64,000 bases of DNA, taken from the NCBI GenBank assembly GCA_964016885.1, contig OZ024740.1:86986001-87050000 (forward strand), given 5' to 3'. This document shows, in pieces, positions 26,986 to 41,669 of the stretch. The position numbers and the translations under genes were made by a program. Each line of letters begins with the position of its first letter. Position 1 is the first letter of the stretch. This stretch comes from Eledone cirrhosa (taxonomy: Eukaryota). Under the pieces are notes generated by a model. That model was not told the origin of the DNA, did no database searches, and saw only the letters and a program-made list of their open reading frames with translations.

Positions 26986-29024
26986 AGCACTAAGCTTTTA
27001 TCAGTTTCTCTACCTCTTGACTCCTGCTTTACTGAGCTCTTCTAATGTGGTGTCTATTTGATCAAATTTAAGTGAAGCATATCAGAAATGTTCAAACGTA
27101 CATAAAATTAGATATTCATTTATTTGATTTAATGAAAGAAGAAAAATTAAACCAATTTAATTAAGAAGAGAATAGCAAAGTTAGTGCATAATATTAAAGT
27201 AATTTCAGGGGCATAGTTCTAACACAGTGTGAAAACTTTCACTTCTTTATATTGTACACATTCCCTCCATTAAAGGAAAGAAAAAGAGAAATGAAAGTAA
27301 AGATCTCTCTATATATGAAAATTACAAGACCCTCACCTACTTTAAACTAAAGGATTTTCAGTACAAGTTGTATTCAGTTACCAGGGGAGGTTGTCAAATT
27401 GAAGATGATAAAACCAATTAACAAATAGAGTTTGTAATTCTTTTTTTTAACAAATTAAATTTGACATGCCTTTTATAATATGATAAAAAGACTAATTTAG
27501 AAACAAATTAGTATTTACAGATTTTTATACTCAATAATAAAAACTACAAGGTAAAAATTTCCATTAACATAATACTGAACAAGATATGGAAAATATATAG
27601 TTATTTAGAGTAATCAATTTCTGCTAATAGTGAAAATGATTATCATCATCATTGATTTTACATCTAGTTTTCCTTTTTTTCTTCTTTATGCTAACATTGG
27701 TTGAATGAAGCCATTATTTTTCTTTTTTGAGACAGTATCATAGGGCCTATATTCACTTCTTGAGGCCAACACCATCATTTCTTTAAAGGAAGATACATTA
27801 AACTGCCAATTTGTAGGGCTTTGTTTATGCAAGATAAATTTCACTACTAGCTGTATCTAAGGCAAAGCAAAGAAACATGACAGCATGGAAAATGGACATT
27901 AATTGATGATGATGATGAGGATGATGATGATGATGATTATGGCTTCAATGCCAACGACGAACATGTATAAATTAAAGTGCACATTAACTTTCTAATACTT
28001 TCATTTATAAATATATTCCGGCATTGACTGAATGGAAATTTTCCAACAATAATATCTTTGTACTTTGGAAATTATTTGATAATTTTAATTTCTTTCTTTA
28101 AGTAATAAGGATTCTTTGAAATTAAAATTAAATAAAAAAAACATTAATATGTACATAATGCCACTTAAATTCAGCAACCAAACTTCACTTCTTCAAAAGC
28201 TGTCCAAAAATCAAAAGAACTAAATTGAATAAAATATCTTGAGAGATAAAATAAAAGGAAAACAATAATAGAGAAGTAGTTTGTCTGAAGAGATTTCTGG
28301 CTGGCAAACTTCCTAATGAAAAGCAGAAATGTTTTCTCATTGTTTCTTTTAAGTTGTTCTGTCAAGGTAAACGAATGGTTTATAAATCATGTGTCTAGGT
28401 AATACACAAAACATTGCCGTGTGCCTTTGGGCAAATACATTACACATGTCAACAATGTTATTACATGGAAACCTGTTCATAATATGGAGACAGAAAATGG
28501 CATGTTTGTAATAATGTGGCTCCAAATTGTAAAGTAACATGTCAGAGTGTGAAAACCTACCAAACTTATATCAATATGGTGAAAAAACAAAACAAAAAAA
28601 ATCAAAAGGAAAATTAAAACAATCTAACAGCAGTGACTTATTGCTTACTGATAATTGTTGATTAGAGTGCAATAAAACAAAGTCTCATGTCCAATGGAGA
28701 GAATTTCACCCAATATTCTCTCATGAGTTTTGTAATAAGAAATGATTTTTGAGGAAAAACAAAATGAAAATTGAAGATTATAATTTCTTAACCCTTTCTT
28801 TACAACATTTCTAAAGAAAGACACAGCCCATGATTTTCAAAATAATCAAGAATCTACAGGGATTTAATAACGTAACTAACTTTCTCATTATTAAGTTGAT
28901 GTTTGGAACATAACTTAAGTTCCTTCCATAAAATTATGACTGAATGTTTTTAGATGAATATAAAATTTTGTATAATAGAACCAGGGCCAGTTTTACATGT
29001 TTTAATATAAAAATAGTTAAACAC

Positions 29025-29591
29025 ACTCTTTAGCATTTAAACTAGCCGTATCCGGCAGACTTCTCTCACCTCTTTCTGTTTAAACCGGCCATAACTGGCT
29101 GCTCATACTTATGGCATTGTTCTCAAAATAAATAATATAAGATTCTCATAGATTTGATATTATGTGAGATATTTATGTGAAATAAAGTTTGCAATGAAAA
29201 TACAATAGTAAATATAGAGTAATCATCATTCATCATCATTTCATTTTACGTTCGCTTTTTCCCTGCTTGCAAGGGTGGGATGGGAACTGATGCTGGCTTG
29301 ATTTCTACAGCTGGATGCCCTTCCTAACACCAACCTCATTTACAGTGAGTGCTGGGTGCTTTTTTGCCGTGGCACCTCCACGACCACTTTGCAGTGGAAT
29401 GATAGGGACCCCAGTCCCTATCATCTCATTTCTACAGCTGAGTAAATTGGAGCAATGTGAAATAAAATGTCTTGCTCAAGGAAACAACACAACACCCGGT
29501 CTGAGAATTGAACTCACAACCTTTCGATTGCAAGGCCAATGCTCTAACCACTAAGCCATATGCCTCCATAATGTAGATGGTAAAGGGTTAA
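29025..29591. mobile_element. piggyBac-type MITE interrupted by a family A SINE (29222-29567, minus strand)
   Basis: Body matches 12145-12347 in reverse complement and ends AAAGGG|TTAA. The SINE follows GTAAATATAGAGTAAT. Confidence 0.75.
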
Positions 29592-32500
29592 GGTGCTTGC
29601 TTCACAATAACAAGGCTATTGTTTCAGTCCTACTGAAAGTGATACCTTTTACTATTGCCTCGATGTGACCATATTGTACATATATATGTGCGTGTGTGTA
29701 TGTGTGTGTGCATATTTTTAAGTTTGTGTTTAAGTTTATGTCCTATAACTTGATGGTGAGACAAAAAATAAGTACTGGGATCGATATGATCAACTAAACC
29801 AAGCTGATACCCCAGCATGACCAGTCTAATGACTGAAATTAATAAAAATTAATCAAGGGACATGAACAATGAAATTCTACTCTAAAAAATGTACTGTCAG
29901 CAATAATAACAAATAATTTAAACCCTTTTCATACTAAACTGTTTGAAACCACCAATGTTTTTATCATAACTGTTTATATATAAATTTACACCTTCCATTA
30001 TAATGTTTCCTGAGAAACTGATGTTGTAAATAACAACTTAATAATGAGGAAGTTAGTTATATTACTATATCCCTCCACATATTTTTTATTATTTTAAAAA
30101 CAAGAAATATCGGTAATGACTGAACATCTATGATTGCAAATACTAGGGACAAAATATAATTCCTCCACAATGCGGTCTTGGAGTGATGTTATTCAATATG
30201 GTATGTAGCTTGGAAATCAGGAAGTCACTAAAGTTAGAGTTACTGCTTTTCTGAATCAAGAGATCATAACTCCGATACTATGGACATGTTATTAGAATAT
30301 CTAAGGAAAGAATTGCTGGACATCTTTTATGGACAAAGCTAACAGATAGGAAACATAGAGGCACACCATGAGAAAGATGGTTGGATAACATCTATATAGT
30401 CAATTGGAGTTGCTTGGGGATCCAGCTGGATCATTTTGAGATGGACACTTCTGGAAGGGGCATCTAAGTACTCTGACTCCACAGCCCTCCCAGCAGCAGG
30501 AGAAGAAGAAGAGTAACAAAAGGGTTAGATAAAGTAAAAGTCCTGATGAAAGCTTATTCTCAAAGCCTTCAAATTATTGCCCTTATTGATGAAACATTAT
30601 TTAAGCAGAAATTTACAAGACAAGTGTCATATAGATGTTTAAATAATGGCAATCTGTTTTAGATTTATCTTTTTACATATAAGATACAGTAGATTACTAG
30701 ATTACCACTGTCACAAAACACTGCATCTGTGAGCTACAGCAACAGCTCTACTAGATACATAGATGTCTGAGATAGTTGGAACACATTCTAATTAAATAAT
30801 ATATAACACCCACAACATATCTAAAGATATTGAAAATATATATTGGTTTCAGAGAGAACACATTGAGAAGTAGATAAACATTGCATACACACTCTTTACA
30901 AACTAAATATGTGGAACTTGAAGGTGAGTGGAATTGATAATATATTAACTGGTTTGTAATTGAAACTGCCATTACTTATTTGAATGGATCACCAATAGGC
31001 ATTCCCAAAGAATATATTCCTGCTATGGACAGTTCTTTCCCAGGCAAACAACAATATTATATAATTATTACTAGTAGTGGTAATAAGTATTATTTATATT
31101 GTATCATTACAAATAATAATTTAACAGACCAATGGCTTCAATGTAGGAAAGTGTAACTTCCGCATCCTTGAGAATTACCTCTCCATTTACTTTATCAATA
31201 TCATACGATATTGGAAATTCAGAATAATGATAGATGGTAGTTTTACTTTCAAATACATTTATAAATGAAATCTATTTAGTGACAACTCTTTTCATCTTTG
31301 CTAGAGTAATGAGATAGAAACCAGTGTGGGAACACAGAGAATTGATGTAGCATAACACTGAATCCTTTGTGGCATTTGTTATGGCTCTCTGCATTCTAAG
31401 TTCAAATCTCACTAAAGTCAACTTTGCCATCTATACATTCAAGGGAGATAACTGTAGTACAAATCTTTGTTGGTGTATTAGCAGAATTGTTAGAGCGACA
31501 CATTGTAGGCCATGTTGAATCTGTTCTGGCTCTATGTACTCATTTCAAATCCTGCCTCCTTTAACAAGAAAAATGATAACATAGGTGGGCTATGAATCCT
31601 CTCATTAAAACACCCAAGAAGTCTGCTATGAGAGGAAACCATATAGGAAGCTAGCTAAACCTATGCAAGTGTGTGCTGTGACAACAACAGCGATAATGAC
31701 AACAATAATGATGACAACATCAACAGGTATGTGTGTGTGTGTGTATGTTGTATAAACCTCTTAGCATGTAAGATAATGAGGTACTCAATATTTTCCTTTC
31801 CACTGTGTACATATTACCAAAAACCTCTATAATAATCTCAGAACTGAATCTCTCAACGTATTATTTCTTTCTGCTTCTTCTTCAATTTTCTCTCGGTACC
31901 TTTATTTAAGAAGACAGTATAGGGACTAGAAAGTTACTCTTAGACTATCTACCATATATATTTGCACACAGTGCACACCATTTCTCTTGATGTGAAAAAC
32001 CAGCATGCAACTCATTAATAAAATCGCTATTCAAAATATATAGTACAATATAAATGCATGTAAAATAGAGGTGTGATGTATCTATTGATGTGGCTTATAC
32101 ATGAGTAAATAAAGCAAGTCTGATTTTACCAGGATTCTATCTGCATTTGATTTGTTTGGGGAAGATAGAATAAGCAGCAGTAATATAATGAAATTAATTC
32201 CAATAACAAGAAACGATCTTCTCTATATATGGTTTCATTGCTAGTATAAGACAGTGCTCTGGTTTATCATAACAATAGCAACATAAAGAGCACTTTCAAT
32301 ATATCTAAATATGAAAGGGTTAAAACTGTTTCTAACTGCAGTTCCTCTGGCACTTTAAGATAAATTTATTTGCTCTTCATTCTTGATTAAGGAAAACAAG
32401 AAAAGAAGAGAAAACAAAAAAGAAAAAAGAAAAAAAGACAAAAGCAATCAGCCAACTTACAAAATTGAACTTCTATACACTGTTGGATTAAGGTTATTGA

Positions 32501-33760
32501 GATGATTATAGTGCTTAAAGTCCCCTAAGGCTACATTTATCATTCATTGCTATGCTATCAGATCATTTGTCATTTAAATTGCTGTAGCTAAATATCCCAA
32601 AACTACATGTAGGAATGCTTATTGGAATTGTTTTTCTCATTACATTATTATTATTAGTGTCATTTATTTGTTTTTCTTTTAATTTTAAGTATTTATAATT
32701 TGTAGAAGAGTTTTTCTTTTGTTTGTTCCTGATGTTAAATATCTTCTATGCACTTGGCTTCAAAAGACCTATGCCACAGAGGTAAACAAGTCAACATTTA
32801 GTATCAACAAAGGCTTTTTCTTGCACGAATGAACAGAAAGTATAGATATTTTGTGGAGTTAATGCTTTCTAGAAATGTTTATATGTGTTTCTGAGAAAAC
32901 CCAAATGGGTGTTGTCATGAAGAAGGAAGATAAGGTTGAATCATTAATATAGAATTTATGGAAATATAGCAGAAATGTAGGAAAGCTGATTGACAGATGC
33001 TGTAAGCAATGTTTTCAGGACTAAGCAGTTTAGAAAAGAGCATAGCAAAGATCAATCATCAGATTAAGGATGGGGTAAAGCGATATAGTAGTTTAACCCC
33101 AGATCAGCGTTCATCAATCAGGCCTATATTCAAAGATATTTCAGTAATAATTTTTGGTTACTATTTCTAACAAGTTCAACAACTACTAAGAGGCTCCCTT
33201 GTTAACTCAGAGTGGAGAGAGTTGTTAATGAATGTAAATTTATTAATTAATGAGATAGTTTTCTTCACAAAACATGTAGCAAAAAATAAAACAAAAAAGG
33301 GACCTTTTTCAGATTGCATAAATTTTCGGTAAACTTTCATTAGGAAAGGGTAGTATCTCGGAAATTTCACTGTAAGCAATTATTCTTAGTATTCTCATAG
33401 TCTAACATACATAATTTATATTTATGTTTGTTTGTTTATTGTTGAATGAGAAACACGTGAAAATGTGAGAGTGATCTTTTAAATAAATCAGATATCCGAA
33501 TAAACTATACCTAATTATCTTAATAATCAGAAGGTAAATAACTGCAGGTGTAAGTAAATGAGTTAACAGAGAAGTTCAAAAATAAGTAGTGTGAAATGAT
33601 AAACACAAAAAGGCAAAAATGAGAAGAAAAACAATAACATTCCATACAAAGTATCTGATATATTCATTATTTTAAATATTTTCAGACTAAAAGAAGTTTT
33701 TGAAAATAATTTGTATGCTGCTCTTTAAACATTTGAAATGAAAAATGGTTTAAATATTAC

Positions 33761-33879
33761 CTTTGACCATGAAAATGTTATTAGAGGGGCTCCATCTGCT
33801 TTGCAGATTAATGTTGCTGTTCCTCCTTTCTCACTGGCTGCTTTTGCATACTGCCGAGATTGGTCTATTTGTGGTGGAT
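33761..33879 (-). CDS. Nephrin-like gene: N-terminal half of the last Ig domain (YPPQIDQSRQYAKAASEKGGTATLICKADGAPLITFSWSK)
   Basis: Not in the ORF track. Acceptor aaacag, donor gtaata, 119 nt, phase 1-0. Joins exon 17193-17373 in frame. Confidence 0.92.
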
Positions 33880-36800
33880 CTGTTTAACAGAGACAGAACT
33901 TGGCAATAAATACTACAAAGGATCAAGATGTTCTAGTTAATTAGATTGACTTAAACAGGAGCAACGTACCAAATAATATAATGAAATGCTTTGAATAAAT
34001 CTAGTACAAACCTAAATTCTTGCATAAGAGGTATCAAGCAGATCCTGTCATGACCAGCTGATTGTTTTCCTAGATATATAGTGTGTCTAGAAACAAATTA
34101 TCCCTTTTAAAATGGTAGTGCGTGATTTAAGGAAAAGTGGGGTGCTATTTTTAGCAGGTTGAATAACTGCATAGAGATTTTTTCCTCAGCTCATTAAATG
34201 TTGAAAGAACTACTAGTTTACAAAACTAGTGTTCAAACACTGAGCTATGTAAATAACTGTTATGTTCTTATCTTATTTTCAGGTATAGATATAAGATAGT
34301 ATATATAAAATATCAACTTAAATATTGTTGTTGTCTCATTCCCAGATAAGCCAAACCAATCATTCCAAATGTAATGATTCCATTCACTTATTTTATTTTT
34401 TTGTATATCCTAGGTCTACATTATTCAATGTGCATTTATTTTTTTTATTACAGTAAGTTGTTATATGAGATATATTTTGGCTGCTATTTCTAGTATGTTA
34501 AGTGACCATGTAGGGGCTTTTTTTGGAGCCTGTTGTTTCATATCTTAAAGCTTTTTGTTGGTGTAAATTATAACTAACCATGATTATTTTCAACCTCCAA
34601 AATTTATTAAAATAAACATTTAATATTTTAAGCCTCAATACAATGCAGATTTCAATGAAGTTTCCATATATACAAAACTGTATGGTTTCCATTCTTCTGA
34701 ATTCATGTAGAATTTCAAAAGAAATGGAAATAAAATACCAACAAAACAATACAATGTTCATAAAAACATAAGGTATATTATAGAATTAGGTTATAACAAA
34801 CAAATTATATTTGATATCAACAGTAATATAACTATTATGGATAATACACATTTTATTTATTATTTTACAAATTTTGCTCTCAAGTTTCGGATTCTTAATA
34901 TCAAAGATTTATGAAAGGATATTGTTTTTCTTTTCAATGCTAAAATAACTGCATTCAGCCCTATATGACAAGCATCTCTTTAAAATATAAATTAATATCC
35001 TCAGTATGAAATACCATATGTAATAGGTGTCTTTGTTTGTGATGAATTATAAACTACAGTAGGATGTAGTGATGACGTTATCAGTACCATCTTTTGTATT
35101 AATATCTATACATAGTTTTCCAGTAATATATTCTACATTGTTTTATACTAGTCACTTCTGAACTACTTCCCCTATACTCAACAATTGTCTTTTTATAGAT
35201 GCATTTCTCAACAATGATATTTTAATATCTGACATTCAGTAATAATCTCAGAAACTTTACTCAGCAATATTCTTTAATTTTTATTTACTAAACCTACTTA
35301 TACCAATAGGATCTGTTAAAAGATCATTTTTTCCCACTTATTCCTGAGAAGGTTTTGGCAAACTCCTCAAGCATGCATTCCAACTGGTCCTGTCAGAAGT
35401 TACCATCTCCATTTGACCTGACTGGATCCCCAACTGAGACCAGCCAAGCTCATGGACGTTAACCATTCATTTTGCTTGGGGTCTATCTACCCCTGGGTCT
35501 CTTGCAGATTAGTTTTGCCCATAAAAATCTGTGCAGTGATTCTTTCCTGAAACATTCTAATCACATGTCAAATAAGATTGGAGCTGTGATCTCCCAATTT
35601 GGATTGATCAGAAGGTTAATTCATGAAAACAATTCATGCCAACTGTTAAGTAATTCAGCAGTATCACATCTAATAACTAATTTGAGGATATCCTAAGTGT
35701 GGCCAAAGGAGTGAAATCAATTTACCCTCTGTAGTTTGAATAAATGGTTTAGTTCAAAATTCTGAGAAGATTAACTAAGGCACTTGAAGAAGGTCAGAGG
35801 GTAATATTGCTGAAACATTGTGTTATAACAACTAACTAAGATCAGTAACTCATATGAATATAGTAGTTTATATAATATTCAACCATACCTTATCTTCTAT
35901 CAAACCATTACCTCAAGCCTGGATTTAGGCATAGCTAAGTTATTAAGAAGTTTGCTTCTTTTTTCATAGCCTCAGATTAACTCAAGCTTGTAAATGAAAT
36001 ATGGTAGACAGAAACTGTGTAAAAATCCATTAGATCAATTGAACCTATTATATTTGAGTTGAGTTCAAATCCTCCTGTGGCCTACTTGAACGGTAGGCTT
36101 AATCATTTCCCCAAATTAACAGCACCATCTAGTGTTTGGGCACTTTCAGTGGCAGTAGAGCCCATTGTTGCAAGCACTTGGGCCAGGTCTCTTGTTTGAG
36201 GATATTTATCTCCTTACTACTAGTTGAAATTAATTTAATAAGTACGATGTTCAATTAATTGACCAACTGAATATTAATTGTGAAAATTGACAGAGGATCC
36301 ATTCTTTTATTACCATATAGTATGTAGACATAAATATAGTAGTAGCATTAGTAGTACAATGTAAACCAAATTCATTTGGTAGATCGAGATAAAGCATTTA
36401 AAATGTAAGTCAACTTGTGAGTAGTTTATTGAATGGAAAGTGTATGAGTGTTCTTTTGACAATGATGGATATATTTTCAGTTAATAATTAAGCACCTTTT
36501 TTCTGTGGTATTAATATTAGATAAGGTATTATTTATTTGATACAGATAAATTATGTCATCAACACTACATGGAAGTACATTGGGATGAAAGTTTAAAACA
36601 GAATATTATTGTTTTATTTATTTATCTAAGATTTTCTAAAACAGGAAAAATCTGTTGTCTAGCAATCACCATAAAGAAAATGGATATTATTGCTGAACAT
36701 CTACACGAATTACTGGCTCAATGGTGTGCTTATTTTTACAATCCTTTTCCTTCATAACACTACTGATATAAAACTTAATGAAATTCCAATTTGATATTAA

Positions 36801-37320
36801 GAAAGAGTAAACTTCCTTTTATTTTCCTAAGATGCAAGACATATCTCTGAACACAGCATAACTTAGTTTTGATACTGTTTTCCTCTACTCTCAGGAAGGG
36901 AAAGGACAATGCCTTATCATCTAGTAGCAGGGCGATAAATATCCTCAAACTAGAGACCTGGCCCAAATGCTTGCAACAGTGGACTCTACTGCCACCGAAA
37001 GTGCCCAAGCACTAGATGGTGTTGTTAAATTAGAGAAATGATTAAACCTACCACTCAAATGGGCCAGAGGAGGATTTGAACTCAGCACAAAGAGTCAGCA
37101 AAAATACTACAAAGCATTTTGGGAGACATTGATCATTCTGCTAGTTCAGCACTCTGGACTGGTACTTTGTTTTATTGACCTTGAAAGGATGAAAAGCTAA
37201 GTCAATCTTGTTGAAATTTAAACTTAGAGTAGAGAGACCCATAAGATATTTTGTTCAATTCTCTAACAACTACAAATTTGCTGCCTAGCAAAGATGCAAA
37301 TATGAATTGACAATACTTAC

Positions 37321-37599
37321 ACTTAACTATGAGTTGAGCAATTCGAGTGACTACTTTGCCATAACCATTATATGCTGAACATGTGAAAGTCCCAGCATCT
37401 GTTCGTGACAATTCATAGACAGTTAGAGAGGAGCTGCCTTTATCATAAGTTTGTCGAGTCCTTGTCATATCATAGCTATCTCTTGTCCATGCAACCATGT
37501 TGTCAGTCATTGGATTTGCTTCTGCTATACACTCCAAGTAGGCTATACCTCCTTCATCTTCAATGACAGGAGTTGAAATATGTGTAATGTTGGCAGCAT
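37321..37599 (-). CDS. Nephrin-like gene: Ig domain exon (YAANITHIS..LECIAEANPMTDNMVAW..DAGTFTCSAYNGYG..LIVK)
   Basis: Acceptor ttacag, donor gtaagt, 279 nt, phase 1-1. Canonical Ig C..W..C. Confidence 0.94.
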
Positions 37600-40500
37600 C
37601 TGTAATAAAAAGCAGACAAAAAAGATATAATAAAAAGTAAGAAACAGCACAAAATATTTTTTAGTAAACTGTAGATAAAAGACATTACAAACTGTCAATG
37701 CTTATTGGTTTGAGTATGAAATATGTATGTGTGTCTGTGTGTATGTGTATATATATATAGACATATAGATATTCGATTTTCAAATCATTGGTATTGGGAA
37801 TGTTCCCATTGATGTTATTGGCTAATGAGTTCAAATACTTTACACATAAGTAGATAAGACATGAATGGCATATTGCCCAGACAGAAATAGAGGAATCAAA
37901 TGTATCATGATTATTACTGATGAAAAACGTATGGAAACTGTGAATCAGATCAAACAATTTTATGGCTTGGATTGTTTTAGAAATTAAACCAATAGTGATA
38001 AACTAGTTGATGGATAAAGAAATATCTGGTTTCATTTTTTCCTTTTTGTATACTATGTAGTAAAACCATCAGAACTAAATGAAATTACTGTTATTATTCA
38101 AGAACAATGCTACAATAATTATGTAACATTATTTGTACCAGTAATGCACTGGGTAATTGCTGGCCTTGTGCCTAAAGTAGAAACAATTATTTCCTTGTGC
38201 CTAACGTAGAAACAATTATTTCCTAAAGACTAGTTCTAAGTTGTTATAAAAATGTCATTCATCATAAGTTGTATACAAACAGCAACTAAGTACTTTTTAA
38301 AATGTAACAATTCACCTGCAACAATTGTTTGTGTCAAGTGAAAGAAAAACAGGGATGATATTGATAATATTTTCTGAAATGTTTACATTAGCCAAGACTT
38401 GAAACAATGTAACAAACCATTTTAAAATATCTCTCCCTATGGAGTAATTTTCAAAGATTTCCAGAAGTTTGTGAAAGCTACAGATATCAGAAGACTAGAT
38501 TTCAAATCACTGATAACAACAAAGCATCAACAAGCACACAGATGAAATAAATAGATAACTACAATCACAGATGTTAAGCTTTGACAATATTAAAGAAAAA
38601 TCTACAATCTTGAATCTTGATGATCACAGAAACAATAAAGTATGAGAAACAACAATCACTACAATGCCATAACTTGAGCTTTACAGTTTGAGTCATAGTT
38701 ATGATATTACAATAAGACTGACTGCCAAAATAAGCACAATAACATCAACAACAGTTTTCTTTTGTACATGATATATAATGTTTATGAGTGGATGTAAGGG
38801 TGCTTGTCTGTTCCAGTGCACCAAACTTGCTATCACCTGCAGTAAAGCCATGAGTGATTAAGGGAGCTCCCAAAATATCTAGATGGCAATACCAACACTC
38901 CTTGTTGTGGTGTGTAATTTCATTTTCTTTCAAACTCATTTTTATTGATTATTTTTCTCATAAATTAACATCTTTGTCATGTTTCCAAACCACATTGGAA
39001 TAAAACAATTTATAATGAGATTTAAAACAATTTATTATGTTAAATTTTGAAAAGTATAAGCAGTCCAATTCCTATTTCTCTCTCAAAAATGTGAGTCGGA
39101 AAATTTTATAAGTTTAAAATCAAAATTAAAACTTATGTCTCAGAAAAAATGGATAGAATTGTGTGTAATCTTGAGAAAGACAGAGAATAATGGATAGAGA
39201 CAGGAAGTGAGCCACAGAGAAAGAAAGAGAAGACAATAATTATATGTACTTATTAAACCTTACCGTATATACTCGCACTTTTTTAACGATAAATAAGTAT
39301 AATTTTTGGGGGTGCGACCTATCCGATCGACTGACCAATGATTTTTCATAGACTTAATCAACGATGTATTTATAAAAATAACTTTGTAAATATTTTTTAT
39401 TATTTAACATAATAATTTCATATATCTACCTTCTTATACATATATTTCTTGATTTTAAATTTTTTACTAAAACTTCCTAGTGTTTACGTTTTTTTCTATC
39501 TGACCGAACCATCCGTCATTAAAATCCATAGAAATGCATAACCGGGATTTAAAATGTGATTTCATTGTCTTAGCGTTGCTATGAACACGTATTCTGACGT
39601 ATTTACTTTAACAGGAAACAGATTATTGCATGTGGTGAATTAATTAAAATAGCAGATATAATCAGTACAAGGTTTTAGTCTTTCTCTACATTCCAGGCAA
39701 ATATTTTCATTGAAAAAAATGTATAAAACCTTGGCATACGTCAAGACGGGCGGTCTCAAAAGTGAAACTAATTTTTGACAGTTACGATTGTGAATTTGTT
39801 TGTTTTTTTATAACAGGTCTCAATATTGAAAGTATAATGCAGACACACGCAATTGTATGGATTTCTTAATATATATATATGTGTGGGTGTGTATATGTGT
39901 GTATATATATGTGTGTTTGTATATATATATGTGTTTGTGTCATCATCATCGTTTAACTTCTATCTTCCACGCAAGCATGGGTTTAGACGTATATATATGT
40001 TTGTGTGTATATATGTTAATATATATATATATATATATTATACAAAAGCTACATGTATATATTTATATATATATATTTAGCAGTATTGGTTATAGAGTAG
40101 TCGCCACTTTAACAGGGTAGATGATTGAAGGTCGTTAGTTGCCAGTGTGGTAAGCGATAGTATCCTCGTTGGATTATCTTGTTGACATAGACGTGAGGGA
40201 AGGTCCCTCGATCTATTTACCATCTATTTACAATATTCCTTTCGTCAGGTCGCCAATTCCAGCAGCATGGATTATAGATGTTATTGAGACACGAGTAACA
40301 CAATAATGATTTCAACAGCAGTAATTAGAGATGAAATGTTTGTTTATTTTTGATGTAGTACAAAGAATGTTTGTTAACTTATATGGTTGAAGTTACAGAT
40401 AAAAAGAGGTTACAAAAGGGAATGTGCCATTGCGCCGTTAAGCCGGCGAGGCTAGGGTGCAAATCTCACCGTTACATTATGCGTGTTGCTGGCTTGAAGT

Positions 40501-40648
40501 TTCCGGTACAAGAGAGAGATTCTTCAAATCTTCGCGGGGAATTTCTTCCTCAGGGCGCGTAGGGATACATCCTCTTCTACTGGCGCCGATTGGCTGAACT
40601 GAGCCAAATCACGCACAGAGAATGTATGTGAGCCCGCAGAATGTAGGT

Positions 40649-40688
<40 letters not shown>

Positions 40689-40693
<5 letters not shown>

Positions 40694-41210
40694 ACGTTAA
40701 GACGGGCGTTCCGGAAAGTGAAAGTAAATTTTTTGACAACAATGTGAATTTTTTTATTTTTTTTTTACAGTGAAAATTACGATACACACGCAATTGTATG
40801 GATTTCTTAATATATATATATGTGTGGGTGTGTATATGTGTGTATATATGTGTGTACACTGTGAATTTGTTTGTTTATTTACAACAGGTCTCTATAGTGA
40901 TATGGTGTTAATTAGTATTGCGTATTGTTTATTTACAACAGGTCTCTATAGTGATATGGTGTTAATTAGTATTGCGTGTGTGATTATTTTTTCTTTAGAT
41001 AGACGTTAAACGATGATGATGACACAAACACACATATATATATACAAACACACATATATATATACATACAGACACACATATATATATATATTAAGAAATC
41101 CATACAATTGCGTGTGTATTGTAACTTTCATTGTAAAAAAAAAATAAATAAAATTCACATTGTTGTTAAAAAATTTACTTTCACTTTCCGGAACGCCCGT
41201 CTTAACGTAT

Positions 41211-41213
<3 letters not shown>
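40689..41213. mobile_element. Related Mutator-like MITE (~160-bp TIRs) inserted into a (TA)n tract inside the larger element
   Basis: GGCATACGTTAAGACGGGCG ... CGCCCGTCTTAACGTATGAC, flanked by TA runs. Internal tandem duplication of ~55 bp at 40871-40978. Confidence 0.8.
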
Positions 41214-41300
<87 letters not shown>

Positions 41301-41306
<6 letters not shown>

Positions 41307-41669
41307 CTATTTACACAATACACATATAAATAAAGTGGATATATCGAAATGGTTTAAAGCTTGACCGTAACGCTCACATGTTTTTAAATAATATATATAA
41401 TCAAGAAAGAGAGAGAATGAGAAGAGTGTATACGTGAATAGATAGATAGATAGATAGATATATGTATATATACAGACGAAGCCGACTAAGGCGAAACTTC
41501 GAAGTCACAGTCAATCGTTTTGTCTTTGTAAAATTCACGTATACTCTTCTCATTCTCTCTCTTTCTTGATTATATATATTATTTAAAAACATGTGATCCT
41601 TACGGTCAAGCTTTAAACCATTTCGATATATCCACTTTATTTATATGTGTATTGTGTAAATAGTAATAT
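41301..41669. repeat. Hairpin with ~135-bp arms and a loop containing a degenerate hammerhead motif
   Basis: 41301-41439 is the reverse complement of 41533-41669. The loop contains CAGACGA-A-GCC-GACTAA-GGC-GAAAC-TTCGAA-GTC. Confidence 0.75.

Noticed and set aside
26660-27061. 133-aa repeat protein or CRISPR-like array
   Set aside because: A contiguous 42-bp minisatellite with no unique spacers, in a eukaryotic intron.
32455-32485. Strong gtaagt donor with a 19-nt candidate microexon
   Set aside because: It would shift the frame between exons 33761 and 17373, which already join correctly.
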